Shown in pieces: positions 57,385-59,875 of a stretch of 59,875 nt of DNA (the first letter of the stretch is position 1; each line of letters begins with the position of its first letter). The stretch spans positions 1 through 59,875 of the forward strand of contig CANRCQ010000001.1 of the NCBI GenBank assembly GCA_947629145.1, in the 5' to 3' direction. Made by a program: the position numbers and the translations under genes. The notes below the pieces were generated by a model, which made no database searches, was not told the DNA's origin, and saw only the letters and a list, made by a program, of their open reading frames with translations. Source of the stretch: an uncultured Clostridia bacterium. GTDB lineage: Bacteria > Bacillota > Clostridia > Christensenellales > UBA1242.

Positions 57385-58506
57385 TCACAAAACAAAATGT
57401 AGTATATCCACGATAATCACAAATGCAAACAGTATGCAAATGCCCACTGTGTGAATTATGTTTTCTACTTTTCTGTTGATAGGTTTGCCCCAAATCCACT
57501 CAAATGCCGTGAATAACACGTGTGAGCCATCAAGGGCTGGAAACGGCAAGGCATTAAAGACAGCCAAGTTTGCCGCAATAAGTGGAATAAAGATCAAAAG
57601 ATAAGACATACTCTGTGATGCATAAGTTGCAATTGTTGAAATTGTAGTGACAGTACCACCCATCTCCGTGATAGGAATTTGGAAGGTGATAAGTTGCCAT
57701 AAACTTTTAAGAACAACCCATGCAAAGCCAAAAGCCATTTCAAAACTTCGGCAAAAGCCTTCCCATGCATTAAACACATAAGCTTGTGTTACTGGCGGTT
57801 CGTCTTTATCACTTTCAAGCCCAGTGTAAACATTGATAAAATCTTTGTTTTCGCTGTCTTGCTCCACAACTGGATAGATTTTCACTTCCATTTCTTCGCC
57901 TTTTCCATCTCGGCGAATTGTAATGACAAAAGATTGGAAGGAATTCAAAGACTCAATTTTATCTATGCCAACAACATCGGTGTAATATTTTTGTGCGGCG
58001 CGCTTTTTGGCATTCACCATATTCACATAATTTCCGCCAAAAGCAAAGTCTATTTTTTGCCCATCAACATAAGTGATAACATCCCCAGACTTAAACACAT
58101 TTTCTTCATAAGTGACATCTCTCACAACCTGTGGAACATCATATCCTATCGTGGAAAGAAGTATCCAAGAGAAAATTATTGCGACAATAAAATTTGCCGT
58201 CACCCCAGCCAAAAACACCAAAATTCGTTTCCATGGGGCTTGTGCGTTGAAGGAAGAAGTTTTTCCAGATGTGCCGTCATCATCTTCGCCATCAAAAGCG
58301 CAATATCCCCCAAGCGGAAAAATACGAAGAGAAAACTTTTCGCCTGTTTTTTTGTTTGTTTTAGAAAAGATAGGAAAGCCAAATCCAATGGAAAACTCAT
58401 TGATTTTAAATTTAAGAATTTTCCCCACTATATAGTGTCCAAATTCATGCACTAAAACCATGAAAAGCAATATTACAATGGCAAGAAGAATATACAAAAC
58501 AATCAT
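57385..58506 (-). CDS. rseP: RIP metalloprotease RseP/RasP (site-2 protease)
   Basis: HEFGHY zinc motif, multiple TM helices, a PDZ-like middle region and NALPFPALDG. Confidence 0.9.
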   Translation of the reverse strand: MIVLYILLAIVILLFMVLVHEFGHYIVGKILKFKINEFSIGFGFPIFSKTNKKTGEKFSLRIFPLGGYCAFDGEDDDGTSGKTSSFNAQAPWKRILVFLAGVTANFIVAIIFSWILLSTIGYDVPQVVRDVTYEENVFKSGDVITYVDGQKIDFAFGGNYVNMVNAKKRAAQKYYTDVVGIDKIESLNSFQSFVITIRRDGKGEEMEVKIYPVVEQDSENKDFINVYTGLESDKDEPPVTQAYVFNAWEGFCRSFEMAFGFAWVVLKSLWQLITFQIPITEMGGTVTTISTIATYASQSMSYLLIFIPLIAANLAVFNALPFPALDGSHVLFTAFEWIWGKPINRKVENIIHTVGICILFAFVIIVDILHFVL

Positions 58507-58538
58507 AATCTGTCCTTAAACTAATGTCGGTCTTTTGT

Positions 58539-59501
58539 TTATAAAAGGCAAATCAAAAATACAACAAATATGAATGGCGCCATAAATATATGAGAGTCTG
58601 TTCGGTCAAGCGCACCACCATGCCCTGGCAAGAACTTTCCGCTGTCATGCACTCCTGCACGGCGTTTTATGATAGACTCGAAAAGGTCGCCACACTGCGC
58701 AACAACAGAGCCAACAAAAGCAATGATAAGATATGCCCAGATAGGGAAAGTTGAAAAGAAAGGTTGAAAATCATCAACGCAGTTGAAAATCAAATATACG
58801 CACGCACAGAAAAGCACGCACCACAAAACTCCGCCCACACTTCCTGAAATAGTTTTGTTTGGACTAATTTTAGGGCAAAGTTTTTTGCCACCGATTAAGT
58901 TGCCAGTGAGCATTGCAAAAGTGTCAGTGAGAATTGGAATTAAAAGTGCAGTCAAAAGCACAAACAGTGAAGCAAATTTCAAGTTTGTGCCAAGTTTTGT
59001 GAGTGGAAATTCTCCCAAGTGATTGAGAAAGTTGAAGAACAAGAACAAGAATGCTGGATAAAAGAAGCAAATCAAAGTGTTAAATGCCTTTTGAAGGGCA
59101 AACTTTTGATATTTTGTCTTGTAAATTCCACGAACCGACATCTCGTTTAACATAGATTTTTTTCGACATAAGTTGAAAAGAAATACACAAAGAAAAGCAA
59201 AAATCATAATTGCAAGGTCAATCAAAATCGTGTATAAAATCCAGAACAAATCGCCTGTCACAGAGATGTAGTGAATGCCGACAAGATTTCCAGCCAATAG
59301 TAATGTTGGAAATGCCGTTGCAACAACAAGATAATTGTATCTGCCGATTTTTGTGAGAAGTTTTGATATTTCATATCCGCCAAAGCAAGCGAGTATCACA
59401 AAGAAAGCATCGAAAAAGTAGTCACTTACAAACCATTTAAGCACAAACAAAAGTGCAAGTGAAAGCACAACCAAAATTGATGAGTAAACTCGTTTTTTCA
59501 T
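58539..59501 (-). CDS. cdsA: phosphatidate cytidylyltransferase
   Basis: Polytopic protein with the signature SIIKRRAGVHDSGKFLPGHGGALDRTDS. ATG 59501 lies 1 nt after the uppS stop. Confidence 0.9.
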   Translation of the reverse strand: MKKRVYSSILVVLSLALLFVLKWFVSDYFFDAFFVILACFGGYEISKLLTKIGRYNYLVVATAFPTLLLAGNLVGIHYISVTGDLFWILYTILIDLAIMIFAFLCVFLFNLCRKKSMLNEMSVRGIYKTKYQKFALQKAFNTLICFFYPAFLFLFFNFLNHLGEFPLTKLGTNLKFASLFVLLTALLIPILTDTFAMLTGNLIGGKKLCPKISPNKTISGSVGGVLWCVLFCACVYLIFNCVDDFQPFFSTFPIWAYLIIAFVGSVVAQCGDLFESIIKRRAGVHDSGKFLPGHGGALDRTDSHIFMAPFIFVVFLICLL

Positions 59502-59502
59502 A

Positions 59503-59875
59503 TCAGCCACCCCCAAAGCGTCTATTGCGCTTTGAAAAATTTTTCAAAGCAAGTAAAAGTTGTTTTTTGTCGAAATCAGGCCAATATTTTTTTGTGAAGT
59601 AAAGTTCACTGTAAGCAAGTTGGAAAAGCATAAAATTTGAAATTCTGTATTCTCCACTTGTTCTAATCAAAAGGTCGATGTCAACAGGACTGTAAAGAAA
59701 TTGCTTGAAGTTTTCTATATTATATTCTTTTCCACTTTCCGCTAAAAGTTTCGATGCGTGAAGAATGTCATCTCTTCCGCCATAGTTAAGTGCCAAGTTC
59801 ACAACAAGCCCAGTGTTGTTTTTGGTTTCTTCATTGCCTTTCTAAGTATATCTTGCACCTTTTGCGGAAATCTAG
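59503..59875 (-). pseudogene. uppS: undecaprenyl-diphosphate synthase, apparently frameshifted (5' end outside window)
   Basis: C-terminal homology (EETKNNTGLVVNLALNYGGRDDI...IRTSGEYRISNFMLFQ...RRFGG) is in one frame. Upstream homology (RFPQKVQDILRKAM) is in another. The junction is at about 59831/59832. Confidence 0.6.

Overview
This window is a low-GC, Firmicutes/Bacillota-style chromosomal core region that uses standard stop codons, TGA included. I call about 70 protein genes, nearly all housekeeping. They include nusB-xseAB-proS, infC-rpmI-rplT, ruvCAB-queA, tig-clpPX, rny, comM-dprA-topA-trmFO-hslVU, tcdA-trxA-nifSU, tgt, obg, nth, lysS, the ffh-rpsP-rimM-trmD-rbgA-rplS block, lepA-hemW, efp, and the rimP-nusA-infB-rbfA-nrnA-truB operon preceded by uppS-cdsA-rseP. 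I found no rRNA, tRNA, CRISPR array, transposase, integrase or recognisable defence or toxin system, so I cannot honestly name a new multi-gene system here. The sequence does show eleven things worth a second look. (1) An imperfect palindrome family occurs seven times, always intergenic. (2) Gene orientation switches cleanly at 28.4-29.0 kb (32/32 CDS on + to the left, 34/37 on - to the right) across an unusually AT-rich 0.58-kb gap, which looks like a replication terminus. The gap holds a 15+6+15 bp near-perfect palindrome (a dif-like candidate) and an orphan 57-aa ORF. (3) Several operon-first genes repeat the layout '-35/-10 promoter, 6 nt, ATG, no Shine-Dalgarno' (ruvC, trxB, lepA, the PolC-like gene), suggesting leaderless mRNAs. 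(4) A 510-aa protein with PolC N-terminal, OB and exonuclease domains but no PHP or polymerase part sits exactly where polC normally lies. (5) One hypothetical gene contains a G8 homopolymer. (6) The TrmFO homologue is highly diverged and appears to lack both catalytic cysteines. (7) The thymidine kinase carries a C-terminal extension of about 119 aa. (8) uppS is apparently frameshifted at the window edge. (9) AT-rich lineage-specific genes are inserted into conserved ribosomal and SRP operons. (10) infC appears to start at AUU behind an L20-leader-type attenuator. (11) The rimP leader contains a strong SD/anti-SD hairpin. All protein calls rest on motif recognition by eye and on synteny. No database search or computation was run.
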